Shown: positions 13,148 through 28,100 of the stretch, piece after piece
Numbering within the stretch: the stretch's first letter is position 1
Layout of the letters: each line of letters starts with the position of its first letter
From: Orbicella franksi
Lineage: Eukaryota
DNA: 64,000 nt
Assembly (NCBI GenBank): GCA_964199315.1
Contig: OZ116708.1
Location: 23,250,001-23,314,000 of the forward strand
Reading direction: 5' to 3'
Made by a program: the position numbers and the translations under genes
Notes under the pieces: model-generated
What the model was told of the DNA's origin: nothing
Database searches by the model: none
Seen by the model: only the letters and a program-made list of their open reading frames with translations

Positions 13148-16100
13148 CTAGCGTTTACCATTCATGGCGGACGTATGAATCGGCGGTTTTATCAGGTCAG
13201 CGTATTCTTGTAATGCCTCCCGCAAGGCTCGTCGGACAGGGGTGGAGTTACAAACAGAACATTCCACAAGACGAGGGTACAGCTCAACGACTTGTTCCCA
13301 GATCCGCCCGTCCACTGCAACAAGGAAAAGAAACAGGTTAGGGTTATTATAAAACGATTACAACACAACAAAAAAATAGCTATAATAGCTGCCAAATTCG
13401 TAGTCGTTCTTCGCCTTAAGGAAGTGAACAATGGGGAGGGGAGGGCACTTAAAAGAAGTGAACAATGATGGGGGCACTTACCAACTGTAGGATTTTCCTT
13501 GACAGCTCTTTTCAAGGACGACAGTAATGTGCTGATAGCTTTCATAACAAAGGACATCTCAGCCATGCGGGTTCTGTGGAGTATCAAATGAAAAAAACAT
13601 AAGTACATGTAAACATACAGACAGACAGACAGTAATCGGTCAGTCAGTCAGTCAGACATTCATTCAGTCGGACATTCAGTCAGACAGACAGACGGACAGA
13701 CATACAAACGGACCGGTAGTCCGTCACACAGACCAACAGATAGCGACTGACCAACAGATAAACGAACGACCGACTGGCCGAACGACAGTCAGTCAGACAG
13801 ACAGACCAACAGACAAATAGACCAACAAAAAGACCGAAATTGTTAAACATACATACAGACAGACAGCCAGTCAGTCAGATCGATAGTCAGTCAGTCAGAC
13901 AGTGCAGGCCAGGATCACAGAAAACGTACTCATTTGTGTAAAATACGCGATAAAACGAAACCAGCTTACCTGGGTAAAGGACATTTTCCACTAAGTTTCT
14001 CGTCCTCAACGTACTTCACCAGCACGTCGCTACATCGCCTGAGAAGAGCGTCTAACGCTAACTCAGACACTTTGCCGTCTGAAAAAAAGGAAACTAAACT
14101 GAGAAACAGTGTTGTCGTCTTGTGGACGACTGAGGCAACCTAGGCAAGAAGAAATTTTAGCGAGCAAACTTTGATTGAAATTTCGAGGGTTTCACTGTAT
14201 CGTTATCACAACTGATGTATGTGTGCTTGATTCAACTCCGAACAACGACAACCCACCTGGCTGCTCTACACGTTGATCAACTTCTGCCGTTCCATTGACA
14301 AATGAAAACTGTAACAGAGTTTCAAAGCAGGACTTGGCAAACTCTTCACGTAAAGGAAATCCGTTGGCATCCGTACCTACCAGGCGAAAAAAAAAAATAA
14401 GTGCGTCAATTAGCTGACCAGGAAACAAATTCTCCAACCGTTTTTCATACATTTTCCATAACTGATCTTGGGAGAAATAGGTTTTTAATCGCGTTTTGCT
14501 AAACTGATCATGGCCTAAATTCTCATGACATTTCTATAGCATTTGCTACAAAGAGGTTCGGAGAAATTATTGATTAATCAAACAATTCACGTACCGCTGA
14601 AGGTGGCATCCGCAGCCGAGTGTATCGAGCCTCGGTTCAAAAGCGCCATGACCCGAGCCATAAAGTCCTTGGGAAGAGCGGCGGAATGGGGCAGAATTTC
14701 TTCACGGATCATGCGCAAAAGCTGTCAATCAAATGGATTGTTATTAGTACCTAGGCCTCTGTAGAGTTTACTCGCTCTAATACCTGTTCTGCTTTGTTTT
14801 GCTCCCTCAAAATGTTGACGATAAAGAAACTTATGTTTCTTCAGTGGATGGAATAAGAACATTTGTAGAATTTTGTTCATATAATATTTAATACTTGAAA
14901 AGAAATCTGGTTCAGACTTTTTCTAAGTCAGTTCTTGAATACGAGATTTCTACCAAAAAAGGAGAATGGTTCAATCTGCACTTAAATCTTAACCATGCAG
15001 GCATGGTGACCTCCTGGTTAGTGCGCCCGTCTTCGGATTGAGCGGTCCGCGTTCGAGTCCTGGACGGGAATATTGTGTTGTGTTCTTGGGCAAGACACTT
15101 AACTCTCACAATGGCTCTCTCCACCCAGGTGTGCATATGGGTAGCGGCGAATTTAATGCTGGGGGGTAACCCTGCGAAGGACTAGCACCTCATCCAGGGG
15201 TGAGTAGAAATACTCCTAGTCGCTTCATGCTACAGAAACCGGGATAAGCTCCGGCCTGATGGGCCACTTGACTCGTATGCTGACTTTACTTTTACCTAAA
15301 CCTAAACCATTGTAGATGGTATGTGGAAAGTCTTGCTCTCTATCTGTTACCTTGATGTCCAGTTCCTCATCCGCTTGATGCTGTTCAAGGGACTGATTCT
15401 CTGGGGGACTCCTGTAAAATGAAACAAGTATCTCAGTGGAGTGGGGAAGGGTCATATTATACACTTATTGTTCAAGAACTTATAGTTTACATTATTATAG
15501 CACAGGCTCTAAATACCATATTTAAAATGGAACTGGCTTCGTTTAGGTTAATAGAAAGGATCCTGATTAGAGACCAGCAAAGAACGTGTACAAAAGGTGG
15601 CACGTTTTCGTTTCAACTTCTGACTAGTAATAAAGATACTTAAGATTTAACTTGAAGAGATTTACAAATTCATAAAGCAAAGGAACTTACATATCTGAGA
15701 AGAGGAAGTCCTCTAACGCCGAAGCCAACTCATACCACATTGATCTAAATGAATCTACATATAAAAAGTGAAACGCAACAGTAAATTAAATATCATATTT
15801 AGAGAGGAAGTCACATCAACCTTAGCTGTTTTTCATGCAGGTCATCTATCCTGGTCGAATTGGAATTCAGAGATGTTGGTTTTTGATGGAGGAAGTAAAA
15901 CCGGAGAACTCGGAGAAAAACCCTCAGAGCAAGGCGAGAAACAACAACAAACTCAACCCACATAAGGCAACGGGCCAGAATCAAACCCAGGCCACACTGG
16001 TGGGAGGCGAGCACTCTCACCACTGTGCTATCCCTGCTCCGCAAACAATGATTAGAAGATATACACAGATAATTTAAATGCTAGCAAAATACACGAGATA

Positions 16101-19100
16101 CTTTAACCTAACTGCACACAGTGCATGTTATGTAATTTTATACCTGGCCGTGCTAGAGCCACATTAAGTCCTTTGCGAACAACAGTCATTAACGAATCCA
16201 CCGCAAGCTTCCATGTGGACTGGGACGAGCAACTGTACTTGAGATGAAGAGGATTGCGGAGGGACTGGAAACAAGAATAACGTTCTGTTAGTAGTTATGT
16301 AAAATCAGAGCAGAGGTCACGTCATCTGTGATCAGCACCTAATTTCTCCTTACAATTTTAATACATTGTCAAGCATACTAGTGATGAGAATAAAGAAACC
16401 CATCAACTAGAAGGGAGGAGACGATTTCTTTTAAGAATAGTTACGAGAATTTGGTAGAATATCAAGACACTAACCTAACTGATAATTTTCTTTATTCTCC
16501 CAACCTGTCTACCTAACCTTAAACAATGTATTGATATGAAATTTTAACGAGAAAAAAGGATTTGATCACATATTATACCTTGATGATCTTCTCCAATACT
16601 TTCTCCTCCATTACAGCAGGCAGAGAGAAACACTCACTATACAACACTACAGCCATCTCAAGACATTTCTCCGAGAAAGGCGTGAGCGACAGAATAATCC
16701 ATTCTTTCTTTTTACGTCTGGCAGTGCCATCTGTGTCAGGTAAGTCATCAATCTGAGGAGGCTCTGTAGCGCAGTCAAAGAACTGAAGAAGCAGTGAAAA
16801 TAGTGTAGGATACATTGGTTGCTTGGAGACATGAAGAACAGACCCAGAGAGGTTTGGCAGAGGTTCGCGTAAAACCTCGATAGCGTCCAAAATTGCGTGT
16901 TGCAAGGGTGTTAATACAGTATCTTGGAACGATGGTACTAGAAACGGTGACTGATCTATTGGCACGGGAATTGTCACAGAAGTCTGCAGAATTCGCACAA
17001 GTTTCTGCAAATCGGCTAAGCCAAAACGGCCGTATATTCTCATGAACAGAGAGGGAAATATCTGCACCAGGGCTGCCAGAAAGGCCTGCGCAGGATAAGT
17101 TCTAATAGAGCTAAGTTTTCCGGAGGAATCTCGTCTTGTTCTGACAACATGTGCTTCTGACATGCTTGTTGTTCCGATGTTGTACCACACGCGCCAAGCG
17201 TTTGTCCAAAGATTCAAGTCCTCGTCCGCTGCTTGACAAAATTTAGGTTTTACTTTAAGTCTAGCAGCTCCTTTGGCCGCTTTTTTGTCCCTTGTGTTTT
17301 CCCCCGGGCTTGAATTCGCGGTAGCGCTCTCTTGAGCTTCACTCGAATCTTGAACGATGTCCTGAAAGCTTTTAAGTGCCGCCAGTGCAACTTCAGCGGA
17401 CTTGCTCAACGCCGCAGACTCGACGAACTCCAAAAGAAGCGCCCACGCGCGCGGGAACTCATCGAGACCCGCCAAAATTTGGCGCCGGTTGTTAAACACG
17501 CGCGCCACGCCACCCAACGTTAGAACACGTGTTTCCGCCCACTGTTTTTCCGCCGTATCACGTGAATGGTGAATGAGTATTTTGCCCTTTGAGTTAACAG
17601 CATCACTTGGGGGTGGGACATCGGCTGCAGATGTGGACATGGTTTTGACTTGCTCCAATAAAGGAAACAGCACCTAATGTGAAATATGAGAAATAAAAAA
17701 AATAATTCAGTAAATTCATTATGATGGTAAGTTAACCAGCTACATCACGAGCGTGGCAGAGTTTGAAACGATCGAACCGTGTTTTTAGAGTCTTCACATT
17801 GGAGAGCGTTTTCCAAGTCTCCGTTTTCGATGAAATCATTGAAATTTACATCGTTTTAGCATGGCCCCTGGTATGGAGGATAGGAGAAAAAGCATAAAAA
17901 AGTATGCGATTAAGAGCGAAAACGTGTTTTGTGTAAGGCGACTCAGCTAAAGTAGAGTCAAGAGACGAAGCTAACACGTAAACACAGCACGTGGCTTGCA
18001 ACTTCTGACTCCATGATTGCTTTACAGTACGGTCAGGAGGCATTTAACACCTCTTACAATGACTACACTGTCAACTCGTAAACAAGGTTATATTTACCCT
18101 CCAAAGGACCGTGTACCACGTGACATTCTCCAGTAACGAGCCATGCGCACTTATGGTGGAGAACAGCGTCTGTCCTGCGCTTTTTCTAACCGCTGGACGA
18201 GGATCGACGCATAGTTCACCGAGTTTGGAATACAAGCACATCCATTGTCGGTCTGACGGAGGCACGGGTTTGTCGTACTTCGTGTTGTCATTCGCGGAAC
18301 CTTGGACTTGTTCCAACTCGGTGCGAATCTTCTCTCGGTGTTGCGAGAGAAAATCAGAAATATTCCACTGAAACGACGAAATAAAAGAGGCAGTTAGTTC
18401 CCTTCAAACAAAGCTTACTTAAGTCCTTCCCCCCCCCCGGAAAATTGGCCCACACAGGTGAAGCTTATCCCGATTCCACAGAACGAAAGTGTTCGGATTA
18501 AGGGTTGGGGGGGGGGGGGGAGGGGAGACGTTCACAAAAGACAAAGTTGACTGAGTTATTTTTGGGGCCAAAAAACGTGGCTGTAATGACAACGTCGGAG
18601 GCCTTAAAGGAACCCAGTCACGGTAATTTGAGTTATTTTAACCGGGTACTAAATTACCTTTAACTTGAAGAAAACCTGAAAATAAAAGTTTTCCAAGATA
18701 GAAAAACACCAAAGAGATAATAATAAACCATAAAGGAACATGGATGGTTAAGGATGGAGAAGATTGACACGGATTACAAACGACGAACTTGAAAACTTTA
18801 GGCTAAACGTTTCAAGATACGCAAACCGTGACGTAGCTCCTTTAATTACAGTATGATCATAAAACGGTTCAACTACATTCACAAACAAAACCCCAGCAAT
18901 AGGGTCACGTGATAACTTACCAACAGACCAATGGCTGTCAAGCTGATGTTCAGCTCTTGTGGCTGCAGGCCAAATTTTCCCGCCACGTCCACCACGACCT
19001 TGATACACGTGCAAGGCATCAAGGGAAGGAAATCTGTCACCACAAGCTGTAAGCTTTGGAATGCAACCCGAATAAGACCCTCACTGAAGAAAAAGAAAAG

Positions 19101-22100
19101 ACAGTGTTCATATAAAACATAGTTAATAGGGGCAAATGGTTAGGAAACCTGGCAAATTTCTTTGTGGTATGTTTTTGTTGGCTATTTTGGGGGTTGACCC
19201 TGCACAAAACCTGGCAAAATACAAAAGGTGGTTATGTGTGCTCATACAACTAACCAATAGAAACATTGTGATTATGTAATTCTTGCATGGTCAATGAGCA
19301 GAAAACAAAAGATTTGCAGGGTCAAGGACCTTGCAACATAAATCTTAGCCTGTTCGCTTCTTAGATGTTAACCGACCTTCCTAACCTTTTCCTATGAAAC
19401 TTGAAAGAAAAGTAACAGATACTGCAGGAAACTTCTGCTTTTACATGCTTTTTTCTACAGAATATAACTTTGGCGGCATTTATTTCATTTTCAAACTGCA
19501 GGAATTTGTTTTACAAAGGCGTATCATTTGAATGTCATTTGCTGATCAAAAACATTTGTCTCAAGACAACAGCAGTCCGAGAACTGAACAGGTGGTCTAA
19601 ATCTCCATTGTTAAAATAGGCAGGAAAAGCAGACATCAAGACAAAAGGCCAGATATCTCACCCTTGCTGGTTAGTAGCTGCTCCGATTACTCCCAGCACA
19701 CACAGCCATCCTTGCCCCAGGTTTTGACCGGTTGAGTGAAGAATCTATGGACCATAACAAACTTATTCATATTTCTCAATGTTAGTTGTTCTTACTTACT
19801 CAGTGTTAGTTGTTCATACTTGACGGAAGTCAACCAGTTAACCAATCAGATGCACGTGATTTGGTCACGAGCGTTTTCCCGCGCTTGGCGCGCTTTGCGT
19901 CCTTGACGTACAGTGACGACACGAGTAAAGACAAAAACAAGGGACTTATATTAAACCATCAGAGCGTCATATTCTTACCTGTAGAACACATTCTAATTGC
20001 TTATAGCGAATATCCGAAAAGCTGACATTTGACATTTCTTGGAGAGGACTGAGAAGCATCGACTGTAATTGCTGTAGAAAAGAAACACACGTATCTAAGT
20101 TAAAAATTTCTTTGTCAGGACTTGTATTTCAAACTAAGAACATCGATATCAGTATGCCACTTGAATTCGTCTCGTGGGTGACTTTTGTTTATCTCAACAC
20201 TTGAGTTGACTGTGTTGTCATTATTACGTTTTGATACGTTGTGTTACGTTGTGTTACGTTACGTTACGTTACGTGAGTTGCTTACCAGGTCTTGTTTCAA
20301 AGGAGGATTATGGTCATGCGTCAGAGCTGAACGAACCAATGACGTCACAGCCTCGGCCCCCCACTCGCGCATTTTAGCGTGAGAATGCTGGCACACCTAC
20401 AGAAACAAACACGTGATAGTATCATGAAACGTTTTTTCAGTGAATGTCAAAACTAGCGGTGCGACTAAAGAAGAGCCTACCTCCAAAAGATGTGCCGTCA
20501 GCGGTTTCCACAAGACGCGTGCGCGGTGGAGGTTATTTAAACCTGTTTCTAACAGTTTAGCCACAGCAAAGAGAGAGGGTTCCTGAAAATAATGGGACGT
20601 GATGACGGAATAATCATCAATTAATGTGAAGTTTACGTGTAAAAAAGCCATTATATGCCAAAGAAAACTGAACCACGATATGGGTGTCTGAGATCTCTAC
20701 TCGACGATTAGATTATTCGCTCTCGATTTCTATCGCGTGACAAATAACGAGGGTGCAGCCGGCAGGCGTCCCTAACCCTACAACAGAATAGCGGGCGTCA
20801 CTATCTACAGCAGAATAGATAGTAAGTAGCGTAGCCAATCAGAAGACAGCATTCGTGATAGGCAGCTAGTAGATTTATACTTAAGTGTGTTAGGTAGACA
20901 ATAGAGGGTATCAGAACAATTTAAATTAAATGTCTCTGTACCTTGTTGGTCTGTGCTTGTTCCATTGAAGTGGTGGATAATCTGCACAGCGCGTCCACAA
21001 GATGGTGCAAACCGACATCATCTAGATACCTGTAAAAATAAAGAAAACTGACTTGTTATTTCTGAAACCTTGCCATCTCCAGTATCCTTCACAGCTACTA
21101 CATTAACTTCAGCATGTTTGGTTACTGGAACCAAACGTCATGGGCGTGTCAAACAATCTGCGCGATGGTTTTCGTAGCTGGCAGGATTCCTGCGCGAGTG
21201 GCGCTTGTTTTGGAAGGGAGACTGCGAGTACTGGCTGCAAAAGCCGTGAGATATAACCATATAAGTATGTTTCAATTCTCTTAGTGTGCTTGTGTGTGCT
21301 TTATTTCGCTATTTTTCTGTCTTCCTTTGATTTTGCGCATTTGCGCGTTTAGCCTTGTTCAACTACTTTTTATCCTAAATAATGATAATTTTGTGTGCCG
21401 AAGAAAGCATTTTTATTCTTTTGTTAAGTCTTAGGTATCTTTAAGCCTTACTGGCTTCCCTGGGCTTCCTTGCCTTTAGACATTGATATGTTGTAACTAT
21501 ATTTATAAATTAATGGTAAAAAAATAGAACAAACAAACAAAGCAATGTCACGCAAAATTCGGTCGGCTGCACAAGCTATAAAAATTTACATCAGCTTCGC
21601 TTTTCTATTTCTAACCTTATCCCTCAGATTTTCTAATAGAATTTGTTACAAAAGGTGCCAAGAAGCTAGGAATTACAGTAATCAGAAGACATACTTGGAT
21701 GTTTCAAAGAGTCTTGATAAGATTGCAGCCAGGACAGGAAGCTCAGCCATCATTGCTTGGGTTATGACCTAGAACATATGAAAAGATCCTAAAATAGTGC
21801 TACATTTAATATCATGTTCACGCTGGCGGACATAGCTTTCAGCGTAGTACCATAGGCTTCCAGTGCAAGCAAAGGACGTATAGTAAGCCTTATTCTATTC
21901 TTAATGGTGTTACATCGTAATCCAGTCTCGCAATGCAAGCAAAGGAAGAACAGCAAGTACTTCTTACCAAGTTAGGAGCCTCGCTGGCTGGCATAGCTTT
22001 CAGCGTCCCTCCTGCAGACGGCTTCAGACCCAAAATCCATGTCAGATGCTGTAGAGAAAAAATGGAAGGGGTGAGTATCAAGCAAGCTTCTTAAAATTCG

Positions 22101-25100
22101 CCGATCTGGGTGGAGAGAAGCACTATGAGAGTAAAGTGCCTTGCCCAAGAACACAACATAATGTCCCCGGCAGGGGCTTGAACCTGGACCACTCAATAAG
22201 GAGGCAAGCGCACCAACAATGAGGCCATCACACCTCCTCCATAGTAGTAAAAGGGGAGCATGTAATTAGACCTGTATCTGACAGGTAGACTCAAATATTG
22301 ACGGGGGGGGGGGGGGGTAAGTTTACTGATTCTAGGTGGACCTGATCCTAAACAAATCGATTGAAATCTGACAGGAAAACTGCCAGATTCAACAATAATT
22401 TGATCAAAGCTTGTTTACTAAGTTCTTAGTCTGTTTGATTTCTGAAGTCAAATCTTATTGACTAAAATCTAACCTGTAGTGTTGTAAGTACCATGTGCCA
22501 GGCCGTTCCCAGAATTCCTCCATGGCAGTGTGCAAGGCTTAACAGTGAGCGCATACACTGAATGTTCTTTGCTGTTAACTATTAATAAAAACAAAATACT
22601 GTGAGTGTACCATGACAATTTGTCGCCTTCAGGGGAAATTCAAAAATTTCCATGTAGGGTCCTTACATAATAAAGTTATCAATGCAATTAATTTTACAGT
22701 CAAACCCCTATTAAGTGGCCACCTGTTAAACAGTCACCCCTATTTGGCAGCCAGTAATCAAAGGTCCAATGAGGGCTTTTTCACTGTTTTTATCTCTATT
22801 AAGCAGCCAACCCCTTTTATGCAACACTATATCCATTTCCCCGAGGGTGGCCATTTAATAGGGATTGAACTGGATTATGAAAACGTGACATAAAAAATAA
22901 CAGTGTGCTGATATGATTTGAAAGTCAGGCAGAATTTTTAATCTGAAATGTTTGCCAAACTTTAAATAAACAGAACTGCTAATTACGCAACTTACGGACA
23001 CAGGACCATGACTGGAACCAAGTGGGACCCCTGTGACAACAGCACTAGACCCAGTCTCTCCCGAGCCAGACAGTGATCTCCCAATGCCTCTGTGATCTCC
23101 TCCCTGTGATTCTGAGAGGGACTGAGACCCACTCATTGGCATCTTGACATAAGATACCTGAGCAGTACCGGAGTGGGGATTAAGTACTGTCAGGGTGTAG
23201 TGTGGGGGCAATGCTGCCTTACAAAGTGAAGTGATGAACGCATCTCTCGGAGTAGTGAGATTCAGGATGCCACAAACATTAGCATATAACTGGTAAGATT
23301 TGAGTATGGTTTCTGTGGCAGTTTCATCATTGCTGCAAAATAAACAAAGTTTATACGTCATATATCAAGAAAAATTAATAACTGGCAAACTTATCATGGA
23401 GTTCACAGATCTGGTATCACCAGGAGTGGGTGGGTGGGTGGGAATGATAGCCTTGATATCTGCCTTTCTCTTGAGTCCAGTCTATGCCTTTGGGGGAGGA
23501 GCGCAGGTTCCTTTCCCAAACAGGAGCTGGTAATCAAGCCTAGGGGCATGATGGTACATTGGTCCTTGTACGTATCTCCTGTTCATGTAACATCAAGTAA
23601 CTAAGGGCATTGCTCCTCCTCTCTGGAAGGGATGCTATGTAGTCTAGGGTAGGTTTCCTCCCAGCAGATTGTAAAGATCCCCTGACTAATACATGTAGTT
23701 TGCCAGTGTTTGTTAATTAACATACATGTATATGGTGTAGGTCAAAATGAAATTCAGGTTAAAATGATTTTAACCTAGTTTGATTCTCAATTTCCTTTGT
23801 CTTCTAACCCTGATTATTCATGATCGATGAATAATTAGGGTTAAGAGACAAAAGAATTTTATTTTAACCTGAATTTCATTTTGACCTACAACATATTTAC
23901 TCGTCAGTCCAAGGTAAAAAGAGAGAAAGAGAGTAACATTTTGCTGGGGGGTATTGGTGTTGCTTATCAGTGCAAGTCAGACAGTTTTCATGAAATAAAA
24001 ACAGACTACAAAAAAACTCTTTCCTGTCATGTACAACCAATATGAAACCAATTCTTAACACATACCTTGCTTCTAAAAGTAAAGATAAGGATGCCAAAAC
24101 TCCACACCATGAAGCCGACACCATCTCCTGAAACAAGTCTGGTGCATTTGATCCTGCAAATAACACCATCAAAAAGATATAAAAAAAATAATTTCAGTTT
24201 GTCATAGTGGTTAGCAGTTAAAGTGTTCATAAAATACATCCGAGTAGCAAAGGTTGGCTTTAGTTCTTACTACATTTGTGGGACAAAACCTGATCTAGCC
24301 TGGGTTGTTTGAAGGCTGGATAATGCTATCCACCAGATAAATCACTATCCAGTGGATAGAATGGTTTGTTATGTCAACACACTGGATAGCAATTTATCCA
24401 GTGGATAGCATTATCCAGCCTTTGAACAACTGGGGCCAGGTAGTTAACTTCAAGTAGTGAAAGTCTCTTACTCGGAGGCCTTTTTCAGTTGTTTCAGATT
24501 CTCTTAACAGAAAGGAAAAGGGCACTAATCCTACCCACCTTTGTCATTTTCTACACCTTCTTTTGCTGCAGCTCTGATAGTGTCAGTCCCTACCCCTGTC
24601 TCAATAGGTGTTCCAGGCACTTCAGGTTCAATCCAACCAATAACATCTCCCCCATTTGATGAGCCATTGCTTTCTTGTACAAGCACATCAAGACTTTTGA
24701 CAATCTCCAGCAAACAGGCGAAGGCAATGGACAGTGTGTAGCCATCAGAGATTGATGAACACTCAGGCCTTTCCAACTGTTCTAGACTGAGAAATAACAT
24801 GTACTTAATCAGGGCTCAAAAAAGGGCCATCCAGGACAAGAAGATTTTCCTGCCAGGCAACTTACTTTTCATTCTCACTTGCTGAATGGGAAATAAGGGT
24901 CCAGACAAGTAAAATGTGCCAATGAAATCGTAATAACAGCAAACTAAGACTTGTCCAGGCAAGCAAAAATTGAGAGCTGCTTGTGTGAAGGGCACACTAG
25001 AATTCAAGTTTTTCTTCAAGCCCTGCTTATTAAATACCCGTAAGTATAAAGTCCAGACAGGAATATGTTTGGGTTTTTCTAGTCTAGTTGAGCCTGCCCC

Positions 25101-28100
25101 CTCAGTCAACAAATGTGTTACTGTACGATCCTTTTCTTACAACAATAAAAATTTGAAGATTGCACAAAGTGTATTCATTTGGTAAATGCATAACATTATT
25201 TGAATTGTGAATTCCTTGAACTTTCCTTTTGGTTGATCTAGGGAATCTTCTAGGTGGACAATTTTTGAGGATTCATAGTGAGAAAGGCACCCCAAAACTA
25301 CTTCTTAACACGAATGTTCCCAATATACAACTCAAAACATGCAACGCTGTTTTGGTCATAAACTTGCCAGGCTTGTTCACATCAGCAATAACATGGGCAA
25401 GACTTCTGATTTAAGAGTCCTGCACCACACATGACTTGACATGCGATTAACCCTCTTACTATAAATGATTTTAAAAAATAGCAAGCTGCGCCTCAAGCAA
25501 CTCTTGAGTGCCCAGTTTGTGCTCTTCAAACTTCCCACATGCATCATACATGTACCTCAATGATGCATGCTAAAGCATGAATAGACTGTCAACGGGGTTC
25601 AGTCATGGCATAATTTTTGAGTTATTTTGGCCATGTACAAAATGACATTTCAATTGAAGGAAACCAGAGAGTAGTAGTTGACTAAGTTAACTTAAGATAA
25701 AAAACAACAAAAAGATAACAATAAACCATAAAGGAACAAGGATGGTTAAGGATGTAGAAGATTAACACAGGTTACAAACAACAAACATGAAAAATTTAGG
25801 CTAAATGTTTCAAGATGTGGAAACTGACAAACTGATATAGCTCCTTTAAGCAGCACACTCCAAACCAATGAGAATAAAAATAAGGGGTACAGACATAACT
25901 GAGAGGGGTGAACTTACTAAACAGGTTTAGCTTGACCATAAACTGGCATAACATTCAGTGGTATCCATGAACCCCTGTAAGAGAACCCAGGCTGCGGAGT
26001 GACCCCACCCATTGCACTCAGAGCCACGACTGATGGGGGCGGAGCACTGGATGGAGTCTGGATTGTGTTGGCACTGGCTAAGTGTGACGCATTCTGTGAT
26101 GAGCTGTGGGTTGTCTGGTTGGTGAATAATCCCTGGGTGAAGCTCGTCAGGGCATTCACCATGTCATGAAAGATTCTGGTAGAGTGTTCCTGCATGTCAT
26201 AAAACAGGCAAAATGACCTGAAACAGAGACAGTGTCAAGGATGAGTTCAATTGTAGCTGCAATGGTATAATGTGGCTAGTGATGAAGCAAAAGCCACTGA
26301 CTGTGTTGTAATAGGGACTTTTAGATTGGACTATGGGTGCGAGATTGAGTGCAAGCATGATTTTTGAATTTCAAACCAGTGACGTTTCCAGAGCCCTCAC
26401 TCTTCATTTTAGTCTTAGGTAGAGAGGGTAGCTCATGGGATGAGATGGGTATGTGATGTGACAATGTGGAGCCTGCAAACTAGAACTGAAAAGTGGTTCT
26501 CGTACTCAATCTTGCCCTTGTACTCAAATCTTAAGTTCGCTAGTATTAAAGGAGCATATGCAGCTACTTTGAGTGTGATTTGCAAATTGGGGAAGCTCAT
26601 AGGAGTTCTACAGTGTAGGTCTACTGAAGCTTTCTATGAGTAATGCTACTCCCCCCTGGATGGGATGCTAGTCCATCACACTGATTTCGTTAACAGCATT
26701 TTGTCACACAGCTGTATTACCTGGCACTTTGCCGCTACCCACCCAGTAATGGAATGGAAGTGTCAATGTAATGTTTTGCCCAAGAATGTACCATACTGTA
26801 CACACAATGGCCAAAGATTGAATCCAATAAGCCACTTTAGTTGTAATAGTATAAGCAAATGGTCAAAAGACTACCTGAGTAGGGCTGGCTGAATTGTAAG
26901 AGTATGAAGAACTTCAAGAGCCAGCGCTCTCTGCCACTGTGGCTTATCTGGCTCCAGGAACTTCACCAAGAGGGACAGAAAAATCTCACACTCAGTTACC
27001 TGCAAAATGATCATCGATGAGATAGGTACAGAGTAAAAATATACAACAGCAACATGGGAGGGACCCAAGTGACATATGTGTAGATCTTAAATTTAAGATC
27101 TTACAAAAGTGCCAGAGCATTAATTTGACTGCTTAATTTATATGAGACACTTTTTATCAAAGACCTATTTTTAAAGTCAACTTTGAACATGCAGTCTGAC
27201 TCCATCCACGCAAAGTTACTGTTAGTGTATTTATAGTACAGAGTATTTGATCTTTATATTTATGTCTTTTGTAGTTTTTAACATAGTCCTATTGTCTTAT
27301 CCAGCCTTTGGTAGTTGAGTTTTTGGCACTTTCATTTTGCAAAGCTTAGTCCATATTCATGAACATACTTTTATCACTTTTCAAATCCTCATGTCTCAAT
27401 TTCACTCAATCATTGTTTTTTTTATCTCTAGTTTTCATCCCAAAATAGGTTTTAAAGAAACTGATTGTAAGAGTTAGGTATGGTTTTTATTTGCTGTCAG
27501 CATGCCAGCATTGTTGAACCAAGTGAACCAAAAAGAAACAAAATCTCACCAAAAGAGTGTAAAATTTTTCTATCAGGACAGAGACAATCCTAAGAAGTCT
27601 GACCGCCACTGGATAGAGTGGTTTCTCCAATGGAGTTGAGCTTACACGGTGTTTGATGCTTGGAGAGAACAGTTTGATGATCAGTGGACAGACTCTTTCC
27701 TTTAGTAGGAAGCTAAATTCAGGATGCTGAAAAACAAAAACTCCAATGTTATCAAAAAAAAAAAACATCACTTCTTTCAGAGTGCCTTAATGACAAATGA
27801 TATGCAAATGCCAAAATTCTTAACCTAACTAATGATTTACTGTACATGTATTTTACACAGCCATCAAATCAAAATTTCAACAACCAAAGGATTCTGAGGA
27901 AAAAAAAAATTTAATTAACAAAAAGAAATCAAACGCTACCTGAGTCACAACGAAGTAACTGACAGTCTTTGTCTCGCCAAATGTTTGCTTATTAAAAATA
28001 ATTAACTACAACATAAAACCAAACTACAAGTGAATATATGAAAGATCATATTTTTGAACTGCAAAGAAAGATATGAAGTCATGATTGATCATCGCAGTTA

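Noticed and set aside
14998-16040. A/B-box sequences as tRNA genes
   Set aside because: No cloverleaf; they continue into SINE bodies.
14912-16077. ORFs 14912-15136, 15811-16044, 15768-15965 and 15835-16077
   Set aside because: Translations of SINE sequence.
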